Below are positions 39,652 to 49,957 of a stretch of 64,000 nt of DNA, one piece after another. The notes below the pieces were generated by a model. It searched no databases. It was not told the origin of the DNA and saw only the letters and a program-made list of their open reading frames with translations. The position numbers and the translations under genes are program-made. Every line of letters starts with the position of its first letter. Positions within the stretch are counted from its first letter, which is position 1. The DNA is from Candidatus Marinacidobacterales bacterium. Lineage in GTDB: Bacteria > Acidobacteriota > Vicinamibacteria > Marinacidobacterales > DATDRI01. The DNA is taken from assembly GCA_965219415.1 (NCBI GenBank), contig CBDCNP010000002.1, forward strand, positions 2,304,001 to 2,368,000, in the 5' to 3' direction.

Positions 39652-42600
39652 TCACGGTTGTTCATCCCACCACCACATTCGAGGCGGAGTCTTCTGCCGC
39701 GGCCAGATCTGGTTGAGCGTGTCCCCTTCGAACAATTCTCCATTCTTCATCACGTACTTGATGGTGTTGGTGTTCCGAATGTCCTCCAAAGGGTTCTTGG
39801 CGAGCACGATCAAGTCGGCGAGCTTTCCCACCTCGATGCTCCCCAAATCCTGGGCATAGCCAATCGCTTCTGCACCGTGCAGGGTCGCTGCCCGCAGAAC
39901 TTCGAAATTCGTCATTCCTCCACTGTGCAGCGCCCACATATCCCAATGACACGAAATCCCTTGCACCGCTCCGTGTCCCCCAACGCAGACCCGTCCTCCA
40001 GCACGGACGATCTTGGCGGCCGAGGCGGCAGCTCTCGGATAGAAGTGCTCTTCCTTTCGGAGCCACGGTCGCCGCTTGGTCCGTGAATCGAGGAGGTTAT
40101 GGGGAATAAATCGCTGTAGTTTCTGATCGTCATGAACTTCCGTGCTCAAAAAGAAGTCGTGCTCACCACGGGCGCCGCCATATGCCTGCATTAGCGTGGG
40201 CGTGTAGAAGAGTCCGACCCGGGCCACCAGTTCGGCAACGTCTCTATAAAGCGGCGCAATCCCAAAATTGTGCTCGTTGCCACTGAAACCGTCGATCGCA
40301 TGGGTGAGGTCCAGCTTGAGGTTGGCGGCGCCTTCCGTGGTGGGCATGATCCGGTGTTCCTTGCAGGCTTCCACCATCCACTGCCGCTGTTTCCGGTTGC
40401 CGACCACGTAGGACTTCAACGTGTTTGTCCGGTAGTACTTCTTGTACTTGGCGACCACATTCTTGGCATCCTTGGCGGATTGAAGATTGGTGTTCTGAAA
40501 GACCCCCGGCCCAGTTGAAAACGCCCTCGGCCCGAGCATCTCTCCTATGTCCACGAGATCCTGATAGGCGAACATGTCGTTGGTGGTGGTCTGCGCATCG
40601 CGGCCAGTCGTGACGCCATAGGCCAGATTGGCAAGAAAGTTCCAGTTTTGCATGTCGAGCACGCCGCGGCGGATTTCGAACCAGTGAGCATGAACGTCCA
40701 CGATCCCTGGCATGATCGTCATCCCATCGACGTCGAATAGCCGCGCGCCTTCGGGGATGGTTACCGATCCCCTTCGCCCAAGGGCCGTGATTCGGTTGTC
40801 GGTGATGACAATCTCGGCGTCCGCGATTAGCTCCTCGCCTCGCATCGTGATCACCGTGGCACCACGAAGCGCAATCACGCCCTTGGGGATGTGGCGAGGT
40901 CGTTCGATGACCGCTTCGATTTCCTCGACCGGCAGTTTCCTCTCTTCCTCGGGCTCTTCACCTTCTGACTCCTTTGCAGGTTCGAAAGTCACATCGGCCA
41001 AGCGCAAGCGGAAAAAGGAGGAACCCAGCCCCCAAGTCAAGGTCGATCCACCATCGGCCCACGCGAAGTAGTCGGCTCCTACCTCGGTGAGTTTCCGCAC
41101 TGGGACCGAAGCGGAGCTAACGTTCACAGTGGGCGGGTCTCCGCCGATGCGGGGCACGGCCACCACATACAGTTGTTCGTGCACGAGAGCCAAGGCATAG
41201 CGCCCGTCAGGACTGATGCGCGCGTCCTGGGCCGGCGTTGGCTCCGATACCCAACCTTCTCCAACAATCTCGATGTGAGTGCGCCGGTCCGTACCGTCGA
41301 ACCGCAATGAGATCAGTCCTTGACTGGAGTAAACATAGACGCGGTCCTGCTCGTCCCTGAAATGCGGGCCAACGACGCCACGGGCGGGCACGATGAGTTT
41401 CAGATCACCTCCTTCTGCAGGTATCCAAACCAGGTCGTCGCCGACCCCCCGGTTGTCGCCAGAGTCATAGCTGCGTTCGACCCGCGCCTGTCGCGGTCCG
41501 TACAGCGCGACAAGGCGCTGTCCGTCGGGCGACCAGGCTGGATTCCGATAGTGACCGGGAACCCGCGTGAGTTGCTGGGGCGTGCCCCCCCCGTCCGCAC
41601 GAATCTTCCAAATGTGTCCTCCCTCCGTCGACCAGGTCACATAGGCCAACCACTTCCCGTCGGGTGACCAGGCAGGATGGAACTCCCGGCTGTCGCCTGA
41701 CGTGATGCGGGTAGGCCTACCGTCAGGGATGCTCATCGTGTAGAGGTGAGTCAGAGCGGAGAACGCCAACCGCTTCCCGTCCGGTGATTGCGACGGTACC
41801 TGGATCAGGCGGGCGCGGACCGGCCCTTGCTCGACGCGGGACGGAAAATTCAGTAAGGGGCCCACTTCTTGGGAAACCTTGGCAGTGAAAGGTACGACTC
41901 GTGCTTTGCCGCTTTTCACGTTCACGCGATGGATCTTGCCGTCGTAGGAAATCACGATCTCCCTACCGTCGGACGTGAAGGCGTAGCCGGGAAGCAGATC
42001 GCGCTCCGCGTAAGCCTCCTGTGCATCAAGTTGAACCGGATATTTCAACCAGCGCTCCTCGCCGGTGGAGAGATCGCGAATCCGCAATCCGGTTTCGGCT
42101 TCGTGACGTGTCCCATAGACCAATTTGGTGCCGTCAGGCGAGAGCACCGGCCTCAACGCGCTCCCGGGTGCCTCTGTGATCACGTCTTCGTCACCCGTGG
42201 TGAGATCCCGGCGCGCGATTTGGGAGTAGGGAAAATTGTAGCCTGACATGGGCTCGTCAAAAAACGGTCTCCCCGTCCGCTTGGCGTAGTACAGATAGCG
42301 ACCGTCAGGGCTGGCTACGGCTCCCAGGGCGCTGTGCCACTCAAGAAACGGGGTGTCCGGCTTTGGCTTGCTTTTGGTTACCTGGACCCCTTTACCACCT
42401 TTGATGTGGTACATCCAGGTTTCTTCGTTCCGATCCCAAACGCCGCTGCCTGGAGCACTGCGGGTAACAAGGACGTACTCACCGTCCGGAGTCCAGCTTG
42501 GCGATACGAAAAGACTTTGCTTCTCCTTGCTCAGTTGTTTGGGATCGGAGCCGTCCGAGTTAGCGATCCAGATGTTCTCGGCCCCATCACGGTCACTCAA

Positions 42601-42960
42601 GAAAGCGATGTGGGAGCCGTCGGGAGAATAGGACGGTTGGCTGTCAAAGGCCATGCCACTGGTGATGCCGACGGAGTCGCCTCCCTCGAGCGGGACAGTG
42701 TACAAATCCCCCAGCAGTTCAAAGAGGATCGTCTCCCCATCCCGGGAGAGGTCCAGGGAAATCCAGGTCCCCTCATCGGTCGTGAACTCTATTTTGCGTT
42801 CGGGCTTGAGGGGCAGGCCTTCTTTCTTTTTCTTTCTGTCCGTCTTGGCCTCAGCCTTCTTCGCCGGCTGTTCCTGGGCGGCAGCGGCGATCACGCCGGT
42901 TGAGGCCAGCATGACCGAGAACAGGCAAACCGAAATGTGCTTTCCGCTGCTGAACTGCAT
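39652..42960 (-). CDS. Secreted amidohydrolase with PD40/TolB propeller
   Basis: FTTDEGTWISLD, WSPDG repeats, MPGIVDVHAH and GSIEVGKLADL motifs. Confidence 0.92.
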   Translation of the reverse strand: MQFSSGKHISVCLFSVMLASTGVIAAAAQEQPAKKAEAKTDRKKKKEGLPLKPERKIEFTTDEGTWISLDLSRDGETILFELLGDLYTVPLEGGDSVGITSGMAFDSQPSYSPDGSHIAFLSDRDGAENIWIANSDGSDPKQLSKEKQSLFVSPSWTPDGEYVLVTRSAPGSGVWDRNEETWMYHIKGGKGVQVTKSKPKPDTPFLEWHSALGAVASPDGRYLYYAKRTGRPFFDEPMSGYNFPYSQIARRDLTTGDEDVITEAPGSALRPVLSPDGTKLVYGTRHEAETGLRIRDLSTGEERWLKYPVQLDAQEAYAERDLLPGYAFTSDGREIVISYDGKIHRVNVKSGKARVVPFTAKVSQEVGPLLNFPSRVEQGPVRARLIQVPSQSPDGKRLAFSALTHLYTMSIPDGRPTRITSGDSREFHPAWSPDGKWLAYVTWSTEGGHIWKIRADGGGTPQQLTRVPGHYRNPAWSPDGQRLVALYGPRQARVERSYDSGDNRGVGDDLVWIPAEGGDLKLIVPARGVVGPHFRDEQDRVYVYSSQGLISLRFDGTDRRTHIEIVGEGWVSEPTPAQDARISPDGRYALALVHEQLYVVAVPRIGGDPPTVNVSSASVPVRKLTEVGADYFAWADGGSTLTWGLGSSFFRLRLADVTFEPAKESEGEEPEEERKLPVEEIEAVIERPRHIPKGVIALRGATVITMRGEELIADAEIVITDNRITALGRRGSVTIPEGARLFDVDGMTIMPGIVDVHAHWFEIRRGVLDMQNWNFLANLAYGVTTGRDAQTTTNDMFAYQDLVDIGEMLGPRAFSTGPGVFQNTNLQSAKDAKNVVAKYKKYYRTNTLKSYVVGNRKQRQWMVEACKEHRIMPTTEGAANLKLDLTHAIDGFSGNEHNFGIAPLYRDVAELVARVGLFYTPTLMQAYGGARGEHDFFLSTEVHDDQKLQRFIPHNLLDSRTKRRPWLRKEEHFYPRAAASAAKIVRAGGRVCVGGHGAVQGISCHWDMWALHSGGMTNFEVLRAATLHGAEAIGYAQDLGSIEVGKLADLIVLAKNPLEDIRNTNTIKYVMKNGELFEGDTLNQIWPRQKTPPRMWWWDEQP

Positions 42961-43167
42961 GGAACCCTCCTTCTAACGTATTTGTTTACCGCACTCAAAC
43001 AGCGTGAGACAACCGGTGTCCACTCGTGATTCAGCCAAGCTTGGGGGCGGAGTGCGGCAGAGTCTGTCCTGGACTCGGCGGCAGAGCGAGCTGTCGTTGT
43101 TGCTTGCCGTGTAGTTGGTTTTCTCGAGCGAGCGCCGCTAGGATGTGAGGGTCTTCACGGCGAATCG

Positions 43168-44608
43168 ATGCGGGTGGGACGTTTTCTGCTGACTTCTACC
43201 ATCGTAATGGCGGCGCTGGCGCTCGCCGGGGCCCATCCCCTGGGGTGGCCGCCGACCGTTCCGGGGTTGCCTCGGTCGCCGCAGGTTGACCCGAGCTCGT
43301 TCGCACCGGGCGTGCGGGAGCAGGTCGAGGAAGCTCTCGCCGCTGTCCGAGCCGAGCCGAAAAATCCGGGGGCGGTGGGCAAGCTGGGGATGGTGCTCCA
43401 CGCGTACGAGGAGTTCGGCTCGGCCGCGTCCGCCTACGCGCGCGCCCGCGCCCTCGAGCCCGCAAGCTTCCGCTGGATCTACTACCACGGCAGGGTGCTG
43501 ATGCGCGGCGGCCGAGCCGAAGAAGGCTTCGAGGTGCTGCAAGAGGCGGCGTCCCTCCGCCCGGAGTACGCTCCGCTGTGGATCGAATTGGGGGATCTGC
43601 TGCTGGCACAGGGCGACTCGACGGAGGCGATTCTCTACTACCGCACCGCTCTCAAGCACGATCCCCAGTCGGCGATCGGCCACTATGGACTGGGCCAAGC
43701 GATCAAGGCGCGGGGCCAGACCGGGGTCGCCGCGGAAGAGTACCGCCAGGCGCTGGCGCTGGCGCCGCGGTTCGGGGCGGCGCACTATGCGCTGGCGCTG
43801 GCCGCCCGCGATCTCGGAAAGGAGGAGCAGGCGCGTCGGCACTTCGGCCTCTACCAGAGCCACAAGCAGACGCGCGCTCCCGCCCGCGACCCGCTGATGG
43901 CTGCCGTCGCCGAGCTCAAGAGGAGTCCGATGACCCACACCACGAGAGCGACCGAGCTGGCCCGGGGCGGGGAAGACGGACGAGGCCATCGAGGAGCTGC
44001 TGATCGCGCTCGACCCGCAGTATCTGCCGGCGCACGCCAACTTGATCCAGTTCTATTCCAACCAGAATCGGTTCGACAAGGCCGAGTACCACTTCCGAGC
44101 CGCCGTCGCCAGCGGCTCGCCGTCGCCGACCGCACGCCTTCTCTACGCTCGCTCCTTGATCAAGCAGCAGCGATTGCTCGAAGCCGTGCCGGTGCTCGAA
44201 GAGCTGCTGGCGATCAACCCTTACGAGGCAGAAGGCAACCTGCTGCTGGGCTCGATCCTCGACGACCAGGGACGCGGGGAAGAGGCGATCGGTCACTACC
44301 GGACTTCCTTGAAGAATGCCCCCAATTATTTGCAGGCGAACCTCGCGATCGCTCTCAATCTCCTGCGCGCCGGCGACCTGGCAGCGGCGGAGCCCTATCT
44401 TGAAAAAACGCTTCGGAGCGGAGTTTTCGATCGAGGGCTCGTGCAGTACCGAGTCGCGCTCGCCTACGGCCAGAGCGGCCACTGGGAGGAGGCGGTCGCC
44501 TATCTCGAGGAAGCCCGGCACTCGGCCACCGCGGCGGGCCGGTGGCGGTTGGTCGCGGAAATCGACCGGGCGCTCGGCAAGTGGAAGCAAAAGGTAGAAC
44601 AGCGATGA
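43168..44608 (+). pseudogene. TPR protein, frameshift in a G-run near 43972
   Basis: TPR helices in ORFs 43168- and 44042-44608. ATGA overlap with the CRTAC1 gene. Confidence 0.8.
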
Positions 44609-46371
44609 GGCTGCTCATTCTCCTGACGATCCTCGCTCTGGTCGCCGGCGACCCGAGACCCGAGCCGGCGGCCGCTTCGCCAGCCGGCGTTGAAGGCCCC
44701 GCGGTGTTTCGCGAGGTCGCCGCCGCCACCGGCCTCGAGTTCGAGCATTTCATCGGCTCGACCGGCGAGTACTACTTCCCCGAGACCGCTGCCGGGGGCG
44801 TCGGGGTATTCGACTTCGACGGCGACGGCGATCTGGATGTCTATCTACTGCAGGGTCACTTGCTCGACCGGAGCAAGAGCTTGCGCGAGGCGAAGTTCCC
44901 GGCGCCCAAGCGCCACTGGCCGGGGAACCGCCTGTTCCGCAACGAGCTGCTTCCCGAAGGAAGCCTCGGCTTCACCGACGTCACCGAGGAGACTGGCGTC
45001 GGGCACGAGGGCTACGGCATGGGAGTGGCGGTGGGCGACTACGACAACGACGGCGATCCCGATCTCTACGTGACGAATTTCGGATCGAACGTTCTTTACA
45101 TGTAAAGAACGCTCATTCCTAGGAATGAGCGCGGTGCTTTCTTCTCCGACATGACGTCCGCCGCGGGGGTGGACGATGAGCGTTGGAGCGCCAGCTCCTC
45201 CTTTGTTGACTACGACCTCGATGGCGACCTCGATCTCTTCGTCACCAACTACGTGGACTTCATCGTCGCCGGTGCGCGACCGTGCACCGGTCCGACCGGA
45301 GAGTGCGACTACTGTGGTCCCACGACCTACCAGCCGTTGCCCGACCGGCTCTTTCGCAATGAGGGGGACGGCACCTTCACGAATGTTAGCGAGGCGGAGG
45401 GTCTCAACGCGGCGTTCGGCTCGGGGCTGGGTGTCATCGCCGCCGACTTCAACGACGACGGCTGGCCGGACATCTATGTCGCCAATGACGTGCGACCGAA
45501 CCAGTTGTGGCTCAATCGCGGCGACGGAACCTTCGAGGACATCTCTTTGATGTCCGGAACCGCGGTCAACGCCGATGGCCAGGCGGAAGGCAGTATGGGC
45601 GTCACCGTGGGCGACTTCGACCAGGACGGGGACGAAGACCTGTTCATGACTCACCTCGACGATGAGACCAATACCCTGTACCTGAACCAGGGTAGAGGCT
45701 TGTTCGTGGATGCCACCAACCAGTTCAACTTGGCCATCCCCAGCCTGGGCGCGACCGGCTTCGGAACGCAGTGGTTCGACTTCGACAACGATGTCGATCT
45801 GGATCTTTTCATCGCCAACGGCGCGGTGAAGTCCGAGGAGGCGCTCCGCGGCACTCCCTACCCTTTCCAAGAGCACAATCAACTGATCCGCAACGACGGC
45901 AAGAGTCGCTTTCGGGACGTCAGCGCCGAGTCGGGCTCGGCCATGGAGCTCTTCGAGGTGAGTCGCGGGGCCGCCTTCGGCGATATCGACAACGATGGCG
46001 ACATCGATATCGTGGTGACCAACTGCAATGGCCCGGCCCGTTTGATGCTCAACGAGGTCGGCAACCGACGGAACTGGCTGTCGGTCGATCTCGAAGGGAC
46101 GGAGTCGAACCGCGACGGAATTGGTGCGCGGGTCGCGGTCCTCAGAAACCCGGACAAACCGCTATGGCGTCGCAGCCACACCGACGGCAGCTACGTGAGC
46201 GCCAGCGACATCCGTGTGCACTTCGGCCTTGGGGAGGCGGAGACGATCCACGGCGTGCTAGTCCACTGGCCCAGCGGACGGCGCGAGGTCTGGCGCGAGA
46301 TCTCGGTGAACAGCTTCGTCAGTCTTAGGGAGGGCTCGGGGGAGCCTCTACCTCCGCCAGAAGATCCTTGA
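44605..46371 (+). pseudogene. CRTAC1-family (FG-GAP + ASPIC/UnbV) protein, interrupted by a 21-nt palindromic insertion containing TAA
   Basis: DFDGDGDLD repeats, SRGAAFGDIDNDGDID and SNRDGIGARV...VHFGLG. In-frame stop at 45103-45105. Confidence 0.88.
45090..45131. repeat. Two abutting perfect 22-bp palindromes
   Basis: cgttctttacatgtaaagaacg (45090-45111) and cgctcattcctaggaatgagcg (45110-45131). Confidence 0.95.
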
Positions 46372-46404
46372 GGATCGAGTAGTTGCCGGCTTCGGCCCGC
46401 GCCG

Positions 46405-47814
46405 TCAGGCGTATCCGATCAATACGGCCACCGCCAATGCGATCGAGCCCACGATCCAGATCTTCACCATGAAGGGTAGGATGAAGCGCAGCCAACGGTC
46501 GTAGGGGATTCCCGCCATGGCCAGGGCTCCCACGATCACGTATTGGGTGGGAACCAGGATATTGCTGAACCCGTCGCCGAACTGGAAGGCCAGTACCGCT
46601 ACCTGGCGGCTCACGCCCACTAGGTCCGCGAGGGGCGCCATGATCGGCATGGTGACGAAGGCCTGGCCGCTTGCCGACGGGATGAAGAAGTTGGCGAGGC
46701 TCTGAACGAAGAACATCCCCACGGCGGAGAGAGCCCCTGGAAGCTCCTGGAGTGGAAGGCTGAGGCCATGGACCATCGTGTCCACGATGCCGCCCTCGTG
46801 CAACACCACATAGATGCCCCGGGCCACGCCGATCAACAGCGCAACGCTGGTCAGCCTCGCTGCGCCCAAGCCGAACTCCACCGCTGTCCGGTCCGGGCTC
46901 ATGCGGGCGATGACGGCCATGACCAGTGTGAGAGCGACGAAGACTGCTTGCATCTCGACCAGATTCCAGTGCCACTGGCTCAGCCCGAAGAGAATGACGG
47001 CCATAGCGATGGCGACGGCGGCCAGGACCAGCTTGTGAGCGGTGGTCATCGGAGGGTGGTCCGCCGCGGCCTCCCCATCCCCTCCACTTGCGATCGACAT
47101 ACCTTCGGGCGCGCTCACGTCGGCCACCAGGCTCGCCGCCGGATCCCGCCGCACCTTCTTCGCATACGACCAGACGTGGTGAATGCCGATCGGCACGAAG
47201 ACGACCATGACCGCCAGGCGGTACCAGAGCCCCGAGGCGGGCTGGAGTCCGGCAATGTCCTGGGCGATGAGCACGCTGAAGGGGTTGATGAGGGCCGCGC
47301 CGTAACCGGTCCCGTACCCGACCATGATGATCCCGACAGCGGTGACCCTGTCGTATCCGAGGGCGAGAGACAGGGTGATGAGTACGGGTATGAAGGGAAA
47401 ATACTCTTCGCCGAATCCGATGGTGGCCGACCCGATGGCGAACAAAAACGTTCCGCCGGCCACCAACCAGAAGGGTCGGTCCCCCCAGCGTCTGAGGAGA
47501 GCTCCCATGGCCGAATCGACGACCCCCGTGGTGCGAAGAACGGCGAATGCGCCCCCGATGATGAAGACGAAGAAGATGATCTCGTGTGCTCCGCTGAAAC
47601 CCTTGGGAATGGCCGTCAGGCTGGCCAGGGGCAACAACGCCGGACGGTCCGGGGTGAGATGGAAGCTGCCGGGCACCACCTGGAGTCGTCCGGCGGCATT
47701 CTCCACCCGTTCGAACGAGCCGGCGGGGAGCAGGTATGAGAAGACCTGGGCTAGGATCACCATCCCGAAGAGGAGAACCAGAGTGTGTGGGACCTTGAAT
47801 CTGCTCTTCGTCAC
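46405..47814 (-). CDS. YfcC/DcuC-family membrane transporter
   Basis: KVPHTLVLLF, NPFSVLIAQ.IAG, FFIPSASGQA and AFQFGDGFSN motifs. Confidence 0.88.
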   Translation of the reverse strand: MTKSRFKVPHTLVLLFGMVILAQVFSYLLPAGSFERVENAAGRLQVVPGSFHLTPDRPALLPLASLTAIPKGFSGAHEIIFFVFIIGGAFAVLRTTGVVDSAMGALLRRWGDRPFWLVAGGTFLFAIGSATIGFGEEYFPFIPVLITLSLALGYDRVTAVGIIMVGYGTGYGAALINPFSVLIAQDIAGLQPASGLWYRLAVMVVFVPIGIHHVWSYAKKVRRDPAASLVADVSAPEGMSIASGGDGEAAADHPPMTTAHKLVLAAVAIAMAVILFGLSQWHWNLVEMQAVFVALTLVMAVIARMSPDRTAVEFGLGAARLTSVALLIGVARGIYVVLHEGGIVDTMVHGLSLPLQELPGALSAVGMFFVQSLANFFIPSASGQAFVTMPIMAPLADLVGVSRQVAVLAFQFGDGFSNILVPTQYVIVGALAMAGIPYDRWLRFILPFMVKIWIVGSIALAVAVLIGYA

Positions 47815-47883
47815 AATGGAATCTTTCCTCTCACACTTGCGTCTATTCTTTGACGGCGCGTGCACGCAACATTTCGCAGGGTG

Positions 47884-49938
47884 CTATGAACCGGACGGTG
47901 AGCCCTTTACGTATTTATCGAACCATCCGAGAAAGCGCTCGAGCAGGTCCTTGTGATAGGTCGGCAGACGTATGCCGTGGTGCGCGTCGGGGTAGACCAC
48001 AAGGGAAGCCTCGCGGCCCAGCTGCTTCATCGCCTGGTACATCTGCTCGGAGTGGATGATCGGCTGATTCCAGTCCTTCTCCCCTCCGATGAAGAGCGTC
48101 GGCGTGGTAATGCTCTCCACCTCCATGAAAGGCGATACGCTATCCCAGACGTCGCGGTTCTCCCAGGGGGGACCGAGTTCCGTGTCGAACCACTCCTGAT
48201 ATGGATCGTGACCGTAGGTCGAGGTCCACAGTCCGACGCTGGCCCCGCTGATGGCGGCCGCAAAACGATCTGTGGAGGTGATCACGTCGTTCGTAAGCGT
48301 CCCTCCATACGACCAGCCTCCGATGCCGAGCCGATCGGGGTCGGCGTAGCCCAGCTCCACGACGTAGTCGGTGGCAACGATCACGTCCTCGGCATCGTGG
48401 GTGCCCCAGGCGCGGTAGTTCGAGAGTGTGAAGTCGAGCCCCCGGCCTCCGGAGCCCCGAACGTTCGGCATCACCACCACGTAGCCGTTGGCGGCGAAGA
48501 GCTGCACCCGGAAATTGAAGCCAAAGTCGTACTGGGCCTCCTGGCCGCCGTGAAGCCAGAGGAGGGTCGGATAGCGGGTCTTCGGATCGAAGTCCTGCGG
48601 CTTGTAGATGAAGGTCTGGATCACGGTTCCGTCGAGGGTGGGGAAGCGCTCCTCCTCCGCATCGGCCAGCGCGATCGTTTTCAGCAGCTCGTCGTTGACG
48701 TGAGTGAGGCGGCGCAGCCCCGAGGAGCCGGAGGGCTCGGGATCGAGGACGAACACCTCGGCCGGCAACCGGGGCTCGCTGACGAGGGCGACGACGACGC
48801 CGTCGGGGGCCACCGCGGCTGCGTCGACCCGGCGCCGTCCGGCGATCGGCCGGTTCAGGCGGCCGTCCTCGACCGACACCGCGGCCAGATGAACCCTGCC
48901 GTCATCCTCGAGCAGGACGTAGAGGCTGCGTCCGTCGGGCGAAAAATGCGGTTGGTAGACCTTCCGGTCGAGGGACTCCGTGGTGAGAAGCACGGGCTCG
49001 TCCTCACCGACACCGATGAGCGCGAGCTTCGTCTGCAGGTAGGCCGCGGGAACGTCGGTCCGGGTCGTCGTGATGTAGGCGAGCCTCTCGCCGTCGGGGT
49101 GCCAGACTGGCTCGTCGTCGGACCCGGGGTTTTCGGTGACCCGGACCGGCTTCTGCTCCCCGTAGGGGAGGTCAGGCTTCACCAGCCAGATGTCGGTGTT
49201 GTAGTTGGCGTCGGGCTCTTCGGTGCGGTTGCTGACGAAGGCGATCACGCTCCCATCCGGAGACCAGGCTGGATCGGAGTCGTCGTAGTCCCCGGAGGTG
49301 ATCTGCACGATGGCCTTGGTCTCGACGTCGAAGACGTAGAGATGGGCGCGCAGACGATTCAAATAACCCACATAGTCTTCCTTGAACTGCAGCCGGTCGA
49401 TCACCCAGGGCCCGGGCGCCTCTTCCTGGCTCGGCTTCGGATCGCGGATCACGAGGACGAGTCGCTTCCCGTCGGGCGACCACTCGTAGGCCTCGACGCC
49501 CTGTTTGACACTGGTGAGCGGGACGCCCTCCCCGCCGCGTAGGTCCAGCGTGAAGACCTGCGGGCTCTTTCCCTCTGAGCCCTGTTCCCATTCGCGTTCC
49601 GACAGGAACGCCAGGTACTTGCCGTCGGGGCTCCACCTGGGCCGCGTGGCGGAGCTGCCCTTGGCCGTCATAGGGATCGCCTCGCCGCCGGAGGTCGAGA
49701 CCATCCACAGCCGCGTCTCGCGCTGGTCTGTCTCGAGGTCCTGGGACCGGACGGTGAAGGCGACCCAGGCGCCGTCGGGGCTGATGCGCGGGGCGTTCAC
49801 GTCCTTCAGGGCGAAGTAGTCCTCGACCTGGAGAGGACGGAGCGCGTCGGCATCCTGCGCCAAGGCCCGCGTCACCGAGTCCGCGCCTACCAGCAGCAAC
49901 CCGAGCAAAGTGAGTTTGATGAACGAGTGTGTTCTCAT
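47884..49938 (-). CDS. S9 (prolyl oligopeptidase/acylaminoacyl) peptidase, secreted
   Basis: GWSYGG nucleophile elbow, GEKD, AHHG and WSPDG propeller. Confidence 0.93.
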   Translation of the reverse strand: MRTHSFIKLTLLGLLLVGADSVTRALAQDADALRPLQVEDYFALKDVNAPRISPDGAWVAFTVRSQDLETDQRETRLWMVSTSGGEAIPMTAKGSSATRPRWSPDGKYLAFLSEREWEQGSEGKSPQVFTLDLRGGEGVPLTSVKQGVEAYEWSPDGKRLVLVIRDPKPSQEEAPGPWVIDRLQFKEDYVGYLNRLRAHLYVFDVETKAIVQITSGDYDDSDPAWSPDGSVIAFVSNRTEEPDANYNTDIWLVKPDLPYGEQKPVRVTENPGSDDEPVWHPDGERLAYITTTRTDVPAAYLQTKLALIGVGEDEPVLLTTESLDRKVYQPHFSPDGRSLYVLLEDDGRVHLAAVSVEDGRLNRPIAGRRRVDAAAVAPDGVVVALVSEPRLPAEVFVLDPEPSGSSGLRRLTHVNDELLKTIALADAEEERFPTLDGTVIQTFIYKPQDFDPKTRYPTLLWLHGGQEAQYDFGFNFRVQLFAANGYVVVMPNVRGSGGRGLDFTLSNYRAWGTHDAEDVIVATDYVVELGYADPDRLGIGGWSYGGTLTNDVITSTDRFAAAISGASVGLWTSTYGHDPYQEWFDTELGPPWENRDVWDSVSPFMEVESITTPTLFIGGEKDWNQPIIHSEQMYQAMKQLGREASLVVYPDAHHGIRLPTYHKDLLERFLGWFDKYVKGSPSGS

Positions 49939-49957
49939 GGCAACTGACCTCTCCTAG

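Noticed and set aside
47953-49542. 529-aa plus-strand ORF, and similar long shadow ORFs at 35088, 36644, 44845 and 46768
   Set aside because: They lie antisense to well-supported genes. Long shadow frames are expected at high GC and show no family motifs.
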